NCBI GenBank assembly: GCA_013239625.1 | Contig: MU056000.1 | Location: 9,993,175 to 10,057,174 of the forward strand | Source of the DNA: Lama guanicoe | Taxonomy: Eukaryota | DNA: 64,000 bases | Direction of reading: 5' to 3' | Shown here: positions 1 through 12,880 of the stretch, one piece after another | How positions within the stretch are numbered: position 1 is the first letter of the stretch | Layout of the letters: each line of letters begins with the position of its first letter | The notes under the pieces: model-generated | The model's input: the letters and a program-made list of their open reading frames with translations, nothing else | Told to the model about the DNA's origin: nothing | Database searches by the model: none | Translations under genes and position numbers: made by a program

Positions 1-1055
1 TACATCCAGAGTAGGAGAGGCAATGTGACGTCAAAGATGATTCCAATACCTTCAGTAATTTTGAGATTTGAGACAAATTTTTAAGTTTGAGATGACTGTT
101 AGGCATCCTGATGAAGATACCGAGCAGGCAATAGGACACATAAGTAGGAGCAGAGGGACAATGTCAAGGCTGGAAATTAAATTTGGCAGATATCAAGGCA
201 GGCACACCTTGCAGATACTGAAGGTTCAGTTCCAGACCACCACAATAAAGTCAAAGTTGCAATAAAGCAAATCACACACATTTTTTGGTTTCCCAGTGCA
301 TATAAAAATTACATTGACACTATACTGTAATCTATTAAGTGTGTAATAGAATTATATCTAAAAAACAATGTATGTATATCAATTTTAAATATTTTATTGC
401 TAGAAAATACTGACCATCATCTGAGCCTTCAGCAAGTTGTAATCTTTTTTTCAGTGGTCACATCAAAGATCACTAATCATAGATCACCATAATAAATATA
501 ATAATAATGAAAAAGTTTGAAGTATTTCAAGAAGTACCAAAATGTGACACAGAGACAAGAAGTCAGTGCATGCTATCAGAAAAATGGCACCAGTAGACTT
601 GCTCAATGCAGGGTTGCCACAAAACTTCAGTTTGTAAAGAATGCAAGTGTCTGTGACATGAAATACAACGAGGCATGCCCATATATAAATGGGACTGAAA
701 GCCATGGGACTAGCCGAGATCACCAAAGGAGTGGGATAGGAAAGAGGTCCAGGCACCAAACTCCAACATTAAGAGTTCAGAGAGGATGAGGGAACCAGTA
801 GAGGAGACAGAGAAGAAACTTCCAGAGAGAAAGAAGGAAAATCTGGAGAATGCATGCACTGCAGGCCTGGTGAAGGACTGCTTTGAGAAGAGTGATCAGC
901 AGGCCAAGTGCTGCTGATAGTGTAAAACAGATGACAACTGAGCATCACCCATGAGATCTGGCAGTGAGGAGATCACTGGTAATCTTGACAAGAGCAGCTT
1001 TGGTGGACTGGTGGGAATGAGAGCCTGTTGGAAAGGGCCTAAAGGCAATGAATGG
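1..1055 (-). mobile_element. L2 LINE fragment (RT region), interrupted by a Tigger1-type element; probably resumes after 1510
   Basis: Minus strand at ~950-1015 translates HQSTKAALVKITSDLL, resembling the L2/CR1 RT motif HSTETALVKVTNDLL. The purine-rich plus strand is typical of antisense L2. Confidence 0.75.
199..681 (-). mobile_element. Internally deleted Tigger1-type (TcMar-Tigger) DNA transposon
   Basis: Both termini are present (CAGGCACACCT... and ...GAGGCATGCCCA). Minus strand reads GAAGTTTTGTGGCAACCCTGCATTGAGCAAGTCTACTGGTGCCATTTTT, matching the Tigger1 5' end. Confidence 0.88.
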
Positions 1056-1057
1056 AA

Positions 1058-1506
1058 GGAAACAACACAAGTGTCCATCAACAGATGAATGGATAAACAA
1101 AATGTGGTACATCTACACAATGGAATGCTATTCCACCATAAAAAGAAATGAAGTACGGATACACGTGACAGCATAGATGAATCTTGAAAACATCATGGTG
1201 ACTGTAAGAAACCAGTCACGAAGGGCCACATATTGTATAATTCCATTTATTTAAAATATCCAATATAGGCAATCCACAGAGAAAGAAAGCCCCTGGTTGC
1301 CAGGGACTAGGGGAACCTGGAGGCAGTGGGGAATGGGAAGTGACTGCTTAATAGGTACAAGATTTCCAGGTGGAGTTATGAGAAAGTTCTGGAACTAGAC
1401 TGGTAATAGTTGCACAACATTGTGAATATACTTAGCGCCACTGAATTATACACTTTAAAATGGTTACAATGGTGCATTTATGTAGATTTTACCTCAATAA
1501 AAAAAT
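1058..1506 (+). mobile_element. Old L1M (L1MB-like) 3' end
   Basis: Contains AAGTGTCCATCAACAGATGAATGGATAAACAAAATGTGGTAC, then ...CACTTTAAAATGG...ACCTCAATAAAAAAA. Confidence 0.88.
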
Positions 1507-2099
1507 TAGGAGAATGGGAGGAGAGAGATGGAAGACAGCAAAAACGGAAATTGTACTGTAAAAAAACAGAAAAATAGAGTGGGAGCTCTAAGCAAGATCA
1601 AGAAAACTGGGCAGACTAATGAGAATGAACAAGTAAAGACAAAATTGATGATTCAGGAGCGAGAGGAAAGAATTGTTGGAGAATGACCTTGAGCAGAGGA
1701 GAAAGGCAAGATCTATCACATGAGGCAGGGTTTGGCCTTTGCCAGGGGCCTGGACATTTCGTCCACGGGAGGAGGTGGGAGGGACAGCATGTGAGCACAG
1801 ACGCAGCCTGTAGGTGGATAGACACGGTGGTGAGGACCTACGGAAGTCTCTCTCTGAGACACAGGGAACACGGTCTTCTGCGGAGACTGAGGATGGGGAG
1901 CAGATGTGAAGTAGTCATCTAGGAGCGGGAGAGTGACTGAAGCAGAGAAACACAGAGCAAGTGCTGCACTTCACTGAGAGCTGCTGATCATTCATTTCCA
2001 GTGAGACGTGGTGGGCATCTTGCTCCCGCCACCGGCAGCTATGTGGGGGCGAGCTCAGAACAGGCAGCAAGTGGGTTTAACCAGGATTGTTTAGCCAAT

Positions 2100-2503
2100 T
2101 ATGATGGTGAGTTTTATGTGTCAACTTGGCTGGGCCCCAATGCCCAGATATTTGGTCCAACATTATTCTGGATATTTCTGTGAGAGTGTTTTTAGAGAGA
2201 TTTGATGAGATTTACATTTAAATCGGTGGAAGTCAGTAAAGCAGATTGTCCTCCCGTTGTGGGTGAGCCTCGTCTAATCAGTTGAAGGCCTTGATAGAAC
2301 AAAGTTTGACCTCCCCTAAGCAAGCAGAAATTCTGCCAACAGGCTGTCTTTGGACTTGAACTGAAACATCAGCTAGACCACCCTGCAGATTTTGAACTTG
2401 CCAGTCTCCATGGCCATGTGAGCCAATTTCTTAAAATAAACTTCTTTTCATATAAACACACATCTTGTTGGTTCTGTTTCTCTGGAGAACCCTGGCTAAT
2501 ACG
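2100..2503 (+). mobile_element. MLT2-type ERVL solo LTR
   Basis: Starts TATGATGGTGAGTTTTATGTGTCAACTTGGCTGGGCC and ends CTGTTTCTCTGGAGAACCCTGGCTAATAC, the MLT2 termini; internal AATAAA. Confidence 0.88.
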
Positions 2504-3661
2504 TCAACCAAGTATAATGAAATGAGAGAGGAGAAGGGACTGGGGTGTTTATAACCAACTGAGAGTGGACTTTCAGCTGGATACAGAGGAAAGGGAGGGC
2601 CCAAAAGGAATGAGGTAAATGACTGGAGAAAAGTTCAGTCGGTTGTGGTCCCCATGGGCTTGAAAGATTGTTGGAGAAAAGCATTAGAGGAAGTTATAAA
2701 GTCAGTTCTAAAGGCTTTTAAATTAGCATGATGCAAGACAAATACTGAAATAGCTGTGTTTCCATTTTTCTCCAGAATTGCAATGGCAAGATTGAGGCTC
2801 CAAAGGCCTGGTGAACTGTGCCAGACTTCCCTCCCAGAATCCAGGGGAGGCAGCCCCAGTGCAGGGGGTTGGGGGCAGAATGGGCTGCAGTGAAAGCATG
2901 CTGACGGGGCAGGGCTGGAGAGAGAATGGCCTGAGAGAGCCACCCACACATCACCCTGCACAATGGCCATCCAGCGACATTCCTGTAGCCCTGGAGGGGC
3001 CAGGCGGTAACTGAGAATTCCAACAGGGTGCCGGCCAGGGGTCATCTGGACTGGAACAAGGGGACACAGAAGGCCAGGGGTGACAACACAGAGCTGGGGG
3101 CCAGAAGGAGGCCATGGCTGGGTGCCCAGGCAGTGGGAGAGGGCGCCACGCTCCCCGGGAGCAACCAGCGTGGGCAGAAAATACGATGAGGTCCTGCCCA
3201 AAAGCCAAGCAGGAAGACACACATCTCCTAGGCCAGCTCAGAGAACCAGCCGCCTGCCACCGGGGTCCCAGTGCTCCAGAAGCTTCTCCCTGCCCAGGGG
3301 ATGTCTCAGGGAGGGAGAGGGTGACAGGGGAGCTCGTGGAGGTGGGAAAAAGCCTGACAGGAGCTTTGAATTTTGTGGTAACTGAGAAATTGACTCAAAG
3401 GAGACTCTTGCTTTTAACCAGAAAATACAGAATTACCTCGAGTGATGAGACGGGTCTTCTGAGGGAAAATGGAGCAAGATTGTTAATAAGGTGGTTCCCA
3501 CTGAGAGGAAAAGGCAAGTTCCAGAAATCTAGTTGAAGGGTGACTCTGGATTCTGATCCTATCGTGTGAACAAGGTGATGTTACATAAAACAGCTCTAAA
3601 TGCTGAGAGCAGGCGAGAGAATCACAATCTCTGAACAGGAAGAAGCTTTAGGTCGTCCGTT

Positions 3662-3835
3662 CTGGAGATTTTCAGCCAGGAGCGATCTTGTCCCCCGGGG
3701 ACAGGGGCCCTCAGCTAGAGACGTTTTCAGTTGTCACACTGGCCTCTAGGGCCCAGAGGCCAGGGACACTACAATGCACAGGGCAGCCCCTCACAACAGA
3801 GAATTGTGTCAAAGTGTCAAGGTTGAGAAACTCTT
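3662..3835 (+). mobile_element. MER20 (hAT-Charlie) DNA transposon, partly deleted
   Basis: Contains GTTGTCACACTGG...AGAGGCCAGGGA...TACAATGCACAGGGCAGCCCC...AAGGTTGAGAAAC. Confidence 0.8.
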
Positions 3836-4269
3836 GTCAAATCCAAAATTCTATCCAGGAGTGCACGCCCCCAGAAAAACTCCGTCCTGGCTCAGCCAGC
3901 CTCGGCTTGGGAACTTGCGCGGTCGCTTGCCTGCTGACTCAGTGACTGAGATGGGATCTGTTCCCAGCTCGGCCTGGCCCCAGAGTGTGGGCTTTTTAAA
4001 CCTCTCTGTCACATGCCAAGGCCAGTCAAAGCCGGGATATTCTACTTGTGGTGCTCTGTATGTCCAGATGGTGGGATGTGAGGAGTTCTGCTAGAGGGTC
4101 CTCTTCCCCCAAATCTCTCTGCCACCTGCAACCATGCCTGCGACTCCATCACTAAGAGTCCACACTTTGGGCTGAGGCTCCTCCCTCCAGCAGCCTCCTG
4201 GGAAATGCAGGTCCACCATGCAGGCTTGAAGACATTCCTCTACAATATAGTCTAAATGTGGTACTGCCT

Positions 4270-4400
4270 GTGGACCCTGGGTGAGGTACTTGACCTCCCT
4301 GTGCCTCAATTTCCTCATCTGTAAAATGAGAATAACAATTATACCCACCTCCTGGATTGTCATGCACATGGAATGAGTGATTATATGTAAAGCCTGACGC
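4270..4400 (+). mobile_element. MIR SINE
   Basis: MIR core CTGTGCCTCAATTTCCTCATCTGTAAAATGAGAATAA. Confidence 0.85.
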
Positions 4401-5070
4401 GTGCTAGGGTCAATTTGTGTGGTTAACTGTGTGTTCAGGCGACCGGAGGGGAAATCTGTATGGGCTCTTTAAAAAGCCTGGCAGGAACCCAGGTGTTAAA
4501 AAAAAAAAAAAAAAGCAAAAAAAGTGCAGCTTCTGCAGTTTCTTTTCAAGTAAGACAAACTGTTCAGAACTGAACAAGCATTAGTAAGAAGTGAGTAACT
4601 GACTATTCACTTGGTTGCCGAGGAAATCCTCCAGGTTGGAGGAAGGACTATGATGGAGGTTGATGCTGACTCCAGAAGTGGCCCATAGAATTCTGCCCTT
4701 CTCCCTCCGAAACAGGAGGAAACAGGTGCACAAGGGCATTTCAGAGCTAAACCCTGTGGTTCCAAGGAAGCCTCGTGTCTCAGCACAAAGCCTGCTTGTC
4801 TCTGATGCTCGGGCAGACTTACTCAGGACACACAAGAATAAGCCAGGTGTTGCCGGGACAAGCTGCACACTTGTTCTCAGGTCAGCGGAGGTCGTCTGTA
4901 GGCTGTGTAAACCCCAAGCGTGTGTGGGAGAAAGCTAAATATTTCTCCAAGAAAAAGAAGAAAAGAGAGCAAAAGGCGAGCAGGAGTCAGAAAAGGTTGT
5001 GGGAGGACCTAGATATTACAATTTCTGGAAAATCTATTTCCCTATTTTATTCCAGATTCATCATGGACTT

Positions 5071-5089
5071 TGTGTGTGTGTGTGTGTGT
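5071..5089. repeat. (TG)n microsatellite next to a short antisense L1M 3' tip (to ~5137)
   Basis: TG run followed by GTGGTAAAATACATATGACATAAAATTTACCATTTTAAAGTATACAGTT. Confidence 0.75.
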
Positions 5090-5139
5090 GGTAAAATACA
5101 TATGACATAAAATTTACCATTTTAAAGTATACAGTTTGC

Positions 5140-6605
5140 ATTCATAAAATACAAAGGACTTGTAATTCAGCCAAAACAATCCTGAAAAAGAACAAAGTTG
5201 AAGGACTTACATTACCTAGATTTCAAGACTACTATAAAGCCTCAGTTATCAACAGTGTGGTACCGTCAAGGATAGTCATAAGATGAATGGAAAAGAAGAG
5301 AGGGTCCAGAAATAAACTGACGTATATATGGTCAATTAATATCTACCAGAGATGCCAAGGTGATTCAATGGGAAAGGATAGTCTTTCCCCATAGAAATGC
5401 TGCTTGACCAATTGGATATCCACAAAGAAGAAAGTAAATCTCCAATCTTACCTCACACCGTATACAAAAATGAACTCCAATGGATTGCAAACCTAAATGT
5501 AAAAGCCAAAACTGTAAAACACTTAGAAAAAAAAATCTTTGTGATCTTGGGGTAGATCAGAAGCTCCTGGGACACAAAAAAGCATAAATCATTAAAAAAT
5601 ATATATTGACAAAATGGACTTCCTCAAACTTGAAAGTTTTTATTCTTTGAAACATACTGTTAATGCAATGAAAAGGCAAACTGAAGACCGGGAGAAACAA
5701 TGAACTTGTCTTTAGAACATAAAATTTTTACAATTTAATCATAAGAAGTCAAACCAGCCAATTTTTTTTTTAATGGGCAAAAGATTTCAGCTGTCTTCAC
5801 AACCGAGGATATGCAAATGGCCAATAAGCACATGAAAAGATTCTCAACATCATTAGTCATCAGGAAAATGCAAATTAAAAGCACAATGAGTTAACACGAT
5901 ACACCCACTAGAATGGCTAAAATTAAAAGACTGGCAATGCCACGTTGGCAAGGAAGTGGAGCAATGGGAGGTGTAAAACTGTGCTTTGAAAAACAGTTTG
6001 GCAGTTTCTGAAAAAATTAAACATACATTTAACATATGACCCAGAAATTCTGCTTCTAGATTTCTACCCAAGAAAAATGGTAACATATGTACTCAAAAGA
6101 TTTGTATATGAACGTTCATGGCAGCTTTCTTTAGAGAAATTGTGTTACATTAAAATCCTTCACGGCGATTTAAAGGAATGATGTAGTGAGACAGGCAACC
6201 ACAGGAATGAAGCTTAAAAATGTTATCATTAGTGTCTCAGTAATTTTTTCATGGCACCTAAGCCAAAATGCCTAACAGTTCTGTTTATCGAGAGGTTGGG
6301 TCCAAACAACTTTGTAACAGTGGTTCCCAGGGTGTCGAGCAGAAGTCTCCAAGTTTCTCTCGGAAATTGTAAATGTCCCTGGTGAGTTTGCTGTCTTGTC
6401 CCAGGATGTCTCAGCACAGTCTGGGAACCATGAAGGACAATGGTTGCCTGAGACAACGGGAAAAGAGCATTAGGGAGCTTTGTGCAATGATGAAACCTCC
6501 CTAAATTTTGATCGTGGTGGTGATAACACAGGTGTATATACTTGTCTCCAATGAATGCATTTTGTTGTTTGTAAATTATACCTCACCAAAGGTGACTGAA
6601 AAATA
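5140..6605 (+). mobile_element. Old L1M ORF2 C-terminal region and 3' UTR fragments (decayed, interrupted)
   Basis: Contains AGCCAAAACAATCCTGAAAAAGAACAAAGTTGAAGGACTTACA and CATCAGGAAAATGCAAATTAAAAGCACAATGAG; many frameshifts and stops. Confidence 0.88.
6228..6432 (-). mobile_element. Non-autonomous hAT-Charlie element (MER112/MER119/Charlie4-like; subfamily uncertain)
   Basis: Minus strand reads CATGGTTCCCAGACTGTG...AAGTTGTTTGGACC...GCCATGAAAAAATTACTGAGACACTAA. Confidence 0.65.
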
Positions 6606-7084
6606 AAGTCCAAAAATATCTGTTTTGAGTATGAAATCGCGTCTCATGTGTACATACACACCTGTGCATACACACACTCACTCCTCTTTCTGCCTCTTCG
6701 TAGAATCACAGAACTACATTTAGTGATTTTGCTACTGGCCCCAATAACTGACTCTCAGTTTTCACCTCCCTCCTTCCCTGCCACAACTCCACTCCTGCCA
6801 ATTAAATTTATTTTCACCATTTCTATTTCCCAGCATTCATATACTAAGGAATACTGTGAATCCAGATGGAAGAGCACAGAGGAAGCTGTAAGAACTTAAA
6901 AGGCACTAGTAGGCGTGAACCACCATTATAAATTAAGAATGTGGTGTCAAGGTGCACACTATCTTTCTCAGTAGAGAATTGTGAAATAGCCAAGGACTGA
7001 AATTTAGTGAATTTGTTGAGACTTGAGGGTTTCTGAGATATCCTATCAGTATCCTTAAATAACTTTTTGAAAACACCATCTATG

Positions 7085-7320
7085 TGGCTACCATTTATTG
7101 ACCATCTGCTTTTCTGATAGACACTGAGATAAATGCTTTGGAGCTTTATTTCATTAAATCCCCCCAACTCTGTGGAATTGATATGATTAGCCTCACTGCA
7201 CAGATCATGAAACTGAGGTTCAGGGAGGTTAAATAAATTGGTCTGTGTGGATCTGGGATTACTAAGTGGAGAAACTGGAATTTATACTGTGATCTGTCTG
7301 CCCTGGCAGTTTGAGGTCTT
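7085..7320 (-). mobile_element. MIR SINE
   Basis: Contains CATTTATTGA...CAGATCATGAAACTGAGGTTCAGGGAGGTTAAATAA. Confidence 0.75.
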
Positions 7321-7545
7321 TACTATGCCTCTCTGACTAGCTATGTGCCTCTGATCCAATCACTGTGAGTGAACAGAACTGTATAAGGGGAATCTGAAGC
7401 TCACTCTGTGTGAACCTGGAGTGTAAGGTGTGTTGTCCCTCGATCTTCTCCTGATGCGTGGCGGGTGATAGCGAATTCTGCTTAACTACCCATTTCAAAT
7501 GTTAAAAGATTTTCCAGGAAGGAAAATCCAGAACAATATATTCTT

Positions 7546-8295
7546 TCTTTTTACATTTTTTATTGATTCATAATCATTTTACAATGTTGTGTCAAATTCC
7601 AGTGTAGAGTACAATTTTTCAGTTATACATGAACATATACATATTCATTGTCACATTTTTTTCTCTGTGAGCTACCATAAGATCTTGTGTATATTATGCT
7701 GTGCTATACAGTATAATGTTGTTTATCTATTCTACAATTTTGAAATCCTGCCTATCCCTTTCCACCCTCCGCCCTCTTGGCAACCACAAGTTTGTATTCT
7801 ATGTCTATAAGTCTGTTTCTGTTTTGTATTTATGCTTTGTTTGTTTGTTTTAGATTCCACATATGAGCAATCTCATATGGTATTTTTCTTTCTCTTTCTG
7901 GCTTACTTCACTTAGAATGACATTCTCCAGGAGCATCCATGTTGCTGCAAATGGTGTTATGTTGTCAGTTTTTACGGCTGAGTAGTATTCCACTGTATAA
8001 ATACAACACATCTTTATCCAGTCATCCATTGACGGACATTTAGGCTGTTTCCATGTCTTGGCTAGTGTAAATAGTGCTGCTATGAGCATTGAGGTGCAGG
8101 TGTCATCCTGAAGTAGGGTTCCTTCTGGATATATGCCCAGGAGCAGGATTCCTGGGTCATACGGTAAGTCTATTCCTAGTCTTTTGAGGAATCTCCATAC
8201 TGTTTTCCACAGTGGCTGCACCAAACTTCATTCCCACCAGCAGTGTAGGAGGGTTCCCCTTTCTCCACAGCCTCTCCAGCATTTGTCATTTGTGG
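7546..8295 (-). mobile_element. Young (camelid-type) 5'-truncated L1: ORF2 C-terminus and 3' UTR, with 26-bp TSD
   Basis: ORF 7850..8224 ([13 protein letters not shown]...DLPYDP...KTWKQPKCPS...ILSEVSQKEK) is the L1 ORF2 C-terminus. TSD at 7520-7545 and 8296-8321 (23/26 identical). Confidence 0.95.
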
Positions 8296-8499
8296 AGGAA
8301 AACCCAGAATGATATATTCTTCTGATGGACAAATGTTAGACATTCTACTGCGTTCTCTTTTATCATTATGGGGTTTTTAGTTAAATAATAACTACATTAA
8401 GAATATTGAAATAACAATGACTCCTTGCATTTTTCGATTGTAACTGTTTACAAGGTGTCCATCCCCTGGGGGTCTTTCCAACCGCCATGAGGTCTCACC

Positions 8500-8961
8500 G
8501 TTGAGTGGACACCACCGCTGACTCTACATCATCTATTCCATCCCAGATGATTTCTCGGAGCTCATCAGAATAACCCCACTCCTCAGGCCAGAAAGTAACT
8601 CAGGAATGGCCACGTGACCAAACCTAGCCAACAGAAAGTGAAGACGCATCTTAAAAGTGAAATAAGAAAAGCCACAGGAAGAAAGGCTCTCTTGTGCTCC
8701 CCTGGGTGTTGCCATGTCTAGATGGGACACCTGGAACGGTGACAGCCTTCTTATTTCCATACCAGCCCGAGAATGACAATGACACGGGGTGGCAGACCTG
8801 AGACCCAGAGAGAACCTGACCTCCAGGGTGCTGACTCAACTCCCCCCGAGCCCTCGTGCCTCCAGTTCCCCTCCTGTGTGAGACGGCACGTGTCCTTACT
8901 GCTGAAGCCACCTTGACTTCTGTCTCTATCCCTTGCAGCAGAAAGGACCCTAAGACTTTCA
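8500..8961 (+). mobile_element. ERVL LTR (LTR16/LTR33-like), apparently inserted in a MIR
   Basis: Contains GGCCACGTGACCAAACCTAGCCAAC and a 3' end CTTGCAGCAGAAAGGACCCTAAGACTTTCA; MIR-like pieces on both flanks. Confidence 0.55.
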
Positions 8962-11719
8962 ACCCACTTGGGGCTCCACAAGGTTAAGAGATTTACTCTG
9001 TATCACATTGTTACTGTAACCAGAATTGGAACCATAATCCCAGTCTCCTATCAGCCAAATCGTCTTTCACTCACCCGCTGCTAATAACTGGCTGAAATCA
9101 TCTTACCCATTTTGGTTTGATGAGTATCAGCTCAATACTCAAAATACCATTTTTGTTGCGATTTAAAGAGAAAAATCTAAGAAAATAAATGTCTGTTGAA
9201 TACAATAACGCATAGTATTGATGCTTGCTTTGGTATTATTTTGTAATAGAAATTAACTGAGAGCTGAAAACATTTGGTTTAATGTAACACATGAAATATC
9301 ACCATCTACTTCAGGTGACTGAAGGTCAAGATGATCAAGACAAACTGTAGTGTTGCTTGTCTTTGTAAAACAACATTTGTGAGTCAAAGATTCCTGCTCA
9401 CTGTAATTCTTAAACCCTACATAAATAAGACATGAGAATCCCTTCTTTCGACAGTACCAATAGTCATCCAAACACAATGCTGGGTTGTGTTTTTTCCTTA
9501 TTTTATTCAAGGTTTGTGTTTTACCCTTTAACAAATGTTTGTAACAAATTTTTATCCGGCTTAATTTCTTTTTCCATCTTTGGAACATTTCCCACAACCA
9601 ATAGTTTAATTTTATCTTGGGATCTAGAGCTGAAAGGGCTCAGACATCTGCTAATTAATTTACCTTCCTTCTTTGCAGCAGGTAGATCTTTGCCCTGGAT
9701 AAACTGAATTCATGCTGCTTTCAAAGTCCCCAGAAGGCACCAGCATCACCCGTCTCAGAAATGCCTTCTCAGCACCAGGAAGCTCTTTTTAGGTCAGACA
9801 TTAATCTCACACCGTGCAGTTTATGCTCATTTCCTCTTTTTTGTACTTCCTCGGTTGATCACAGCCTCCTTCATCCTGGATTAAAGCACAGGTACTTTGC
9901 CCAGGTGGCCTCTGATGGCTCCTCATTGCCTTCGTCCAGGTGTCTCCCATCTCTCGTGCTGCCCATTGGCCACCCAGGACTGCCCAATGACTCCCACAGC
10001 CGTCTTGGCATCCAGAGCCTCCTCTGATTGGAGTCTCTTTATAACTAGAAGAGCCCAGGTTCTGGTCTTCCAGTTCAGTGCTAGTGTTTGCCTGTTGTTT
10101 GGCACAACTTTCAAGAGTGCCACCTTCTTTCGTCCTCAATAGTGTCTTGGTTTGCTTAATAAGTGATACAATCCCCTTATTTACAGGGTATGAAGAATCA
10201 GGATGATTTCCCTGAACCTCCCAGCTTGTGGGGCCGCACACCTGACCAGAAGCCAAGTCAAAGTACCAATGATGAGAAGAAAAAAAAAAGACAGATGCGA
10301 GAGTATAAAACATATCACCCATGAGAAGAAGAGGTGGATGAGGAAAATTTAAAGGACATGCACAGAAAGAGAAAGGGGAGGGGGAGGGGATGGAGAAGAA
10401 GGGAGACAGAAGAAGACAGGTACACAAGGAGAGACCCAGCAGGTCCTGGGAGAAGTATCAGAAGTAAGCAGTTCCAGTCACAGCTTGTTACTGGTTGAGT
10501 TTTCCAGGCAAGTGTTACTGGAGACCATTGAAATCTTCAGCTATTTTTCATCGCTTATCAACTGCCTTGATATTTAAGAACATGCAGCAGTCTCCACCTG
10601 AGGCAATACTTTGGTCTATGATGGCATGACCCACTGATTTGGATTAAACGAATGCAAGGAATTAAACATCAGACCCCGTTTTTCATATAAACGTAAAGGC
10701 TACCAGGCATTCAGTGTGGACCAGGGAGCAGAATCTGCACTGAGGGCTGTCAGCCTATTGCCTCAGCCTTTCGTACCCCTACACCCATGAGGGAGATGTT
10801 AGACGATGAGGAAGTGGAGGCACCATGTTACACAGCAAATGACAGGGCTGGGATTCATTCTTGGTGTTGTCTGACTCCAAACACTGGGCTCTCAGCTCTG
10901 CCTAATGCTGTCTTACTGTGAGCCAGGGCTCTATGGTGGCAGCTACAATTTTTGGTGCACAGGAAATGGTTGAGTCTTTAGTTTTAGGTTAGTGATGAAA
11001 GCCAGACAATGACTTCTCTCTACCTGGTCTGTGCAAATAGACCATTGTCTCGCCCTACAGCAAATTCTTCCATCCCCTGGGTCATGGCATTGTATCTTCC
11101 TTGAGGATATGAGTATGTTTGTCTTTCTACTTTTCTAGGAATCTGAGAAGAGCATAGAGTTTTGACTGAGGGGTTCTCCATAAAGGCATTTCCCACGCAT
11201 CGGGGAAGAGCGCCGTATTTCCACCAAGAATTCGATATTGGCATCTGAGCCCAGTGGTAAAGGAAAAGGCAGCCTAAGGGCAGCCCCACCCCCATCAAAC
11301 ACTTGAGTTTGGATTTACAGCAGACATTCAAACACAGAAAACAGCAAATACTATCAGATGGTATTTAAGGACATAACATTCCAAGGTTTATAGCACTGCT
11401 CCCACATGTCATAATTACAGTTTAAGGGCATATTTTGCTCCCAAACGTACTGTTTCTTATAACCTCACTCACAGTATTTGTATAAAGTACACTATGCATA
11501 TGGACTTATTAATATTTCTTTTATTTGCAAGGAGTCACCATTAGCAGGAGACAGGGCCATGAATACATACACAACAGCTACAACCAAAGCTGCTGAGTAG
11601 ATTGTGACCACTTGTGTCCTAAGGGCTCTTGTCATCATTTCTGGAAATGTCAACCTGACCCTTGGACTAGGCTCATCATTGCTTCCTGCTCTTGCTTTTG
11701 ACCTGATGTCAGTAGGCTG

Positions 11720-11841
11720 CAGGTGAGCCCAGACTAGATCAGCCAACACCAAGCAAACCCATGGATGCATGCTTTTAGATGTTCCTGAGTTTTAGGGTCA
11801 TTTGTTACATAGCACTGTGGTGACAATAGGTGACTGATACA
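11720..11841 (+). mobile_element. MLT1I-like MaLR LTR 3' end
   Basis: Contains GAGCCCAGACTAGATCAGCC...TTTGTTACATAGCA...GTGACTGATACA. Confidence 0.75.
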
Positions 11842-12054
11842 ACCAACAAGTCTCCAGAGAAAGTGATGGGCTTTAAAGCTAGTCTTTAATAGGATATGAC
11901 TTCTCCTGATCAAAAGGGGAAGGAAGAACATTTTAGATGAAAAAAAAAGCATAAATCCCAGAGGCGCAAAGTGTATCACTGGAAAACAGGGTGCATGACA
12001 AAGAGAGGATGCTGGGAAAGGTAAATCGGGGTCTACTTATGAATGTGCTTACAT

Positions 12055-12880
12055 ACCGTACTCATCAGGACAAGCCAGAAAGTGCTTCAGTAACAAACAA
12101 CACCTTAAATCTTTGTGGCTTGTCACAGTGAAGGTTTATTTCTCACTCACAAAAGGTTGACACAGTCGAGGCAGCCTCCTCCACCCAGAAACTGCTCTGG
12201 GTGGCACACTATATTAGCTTGCTATATAACCGCCATAAAAAGGTTTCCAGAAAAGCCACAGGAATGCATTGACATTTGCATACAGACATGTATTGTCTCA
12301 CAGTTCTGGAGGCTAACAGACTGAAACCCAGGGTCTGGCAGGGCCATTCTCACTCCTTAGCCTCTAGGGAAGGATCCTTCCCTGCCTCTTCCAGCTTCTG
12401 GAAGCCTCAAGAGTTCCTTGGTTTGTGGCAGCACAGTCCCATTCTCTGCTTCACCTTCACACAGCCTTCTCCCCTCTGTGTCTGTGTCCAAATTTCCCTC
12501 TTCTTATAAGGACACCAGCCATACTGGAGTAGGGCTTGCTCTAGGGACCTGACGTTAACTCAATTCCATCTCAAAGACTCTACGCACAGATAAGGCCATT
12601 TTCACCGGTGCTAGGGGTTAGGCCTTCAACATAGCTTTCAGGAGACACAGTACAACCCCCAACACACACATAGCTGTAAAGTCACTGCAGCAGGAGGAAA
12701 GAAGGCTGAAGGATTTCGTGGGATGTGTTTGGGAGCCAGGTCTGGACGTGGCTTCTGCCACTATCGTCCATCTCCCACTGACCAAAACCTGGTCCCATGG
12801 TCCCAGCCTAACTGCAAAAGAGGCTGGGAAATGTGGAGGAGCACATGGCTGTGAGGTGAGCATCAACAGTGTCTTCTGTG
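12055..12880 (-). mobile_element. Older MLT1 (J/K-like) LTR split by a younger MLT1
   Basis: 5' piece CAGTAACAAACAAC...AAGGTTTATTTCTCACTCAC; 3' piece CCCAGCCTAACTGCAAAAGAGGCTGGGAAATGTG. Confidence 0.7.
12210..12664 (-). mobile_element. MLT1B/C-type MaLR solo LTR with perfect 5-bp TSD
   Basis: Reads TATATTAG...TCTCACAGTTCTGGAGGCT...CTTATAAGGACACCAG...AACCCCCAACA; CACAC at 12205-12209 and 12665-12669. Confidence 0.88.

Noticed and set aside
2635..3536. Overlapping ORFs (195, 140 and 101 aa) in a GC-rich block; possible CpG island
   Set aside because: ORFs occur in many frames on both strands, as expected from stop-codon scarcity. No homology is recognisable and CpG remains sparse.
7850..8224. 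124-aa ORF with a clear protein signature
   Set aside because: It is the L1 ORF2 C-terminus of a 5'-truncated element, not a host gene.
9253..9416. Possible minus-strand terminal exon (tatgtag|GG..., GFKNYSEQESLTHKCC...FSALS*)
   Set aside because: Weak pyrimidine tract, no recognised homolog and no supported upstream exon.
9807..10427. Longest ORF (206 aa, minus strand)
   Set aside because: Starts in the complement of a low-complexity purine tract with a non-ATG start; no recognisable domain.
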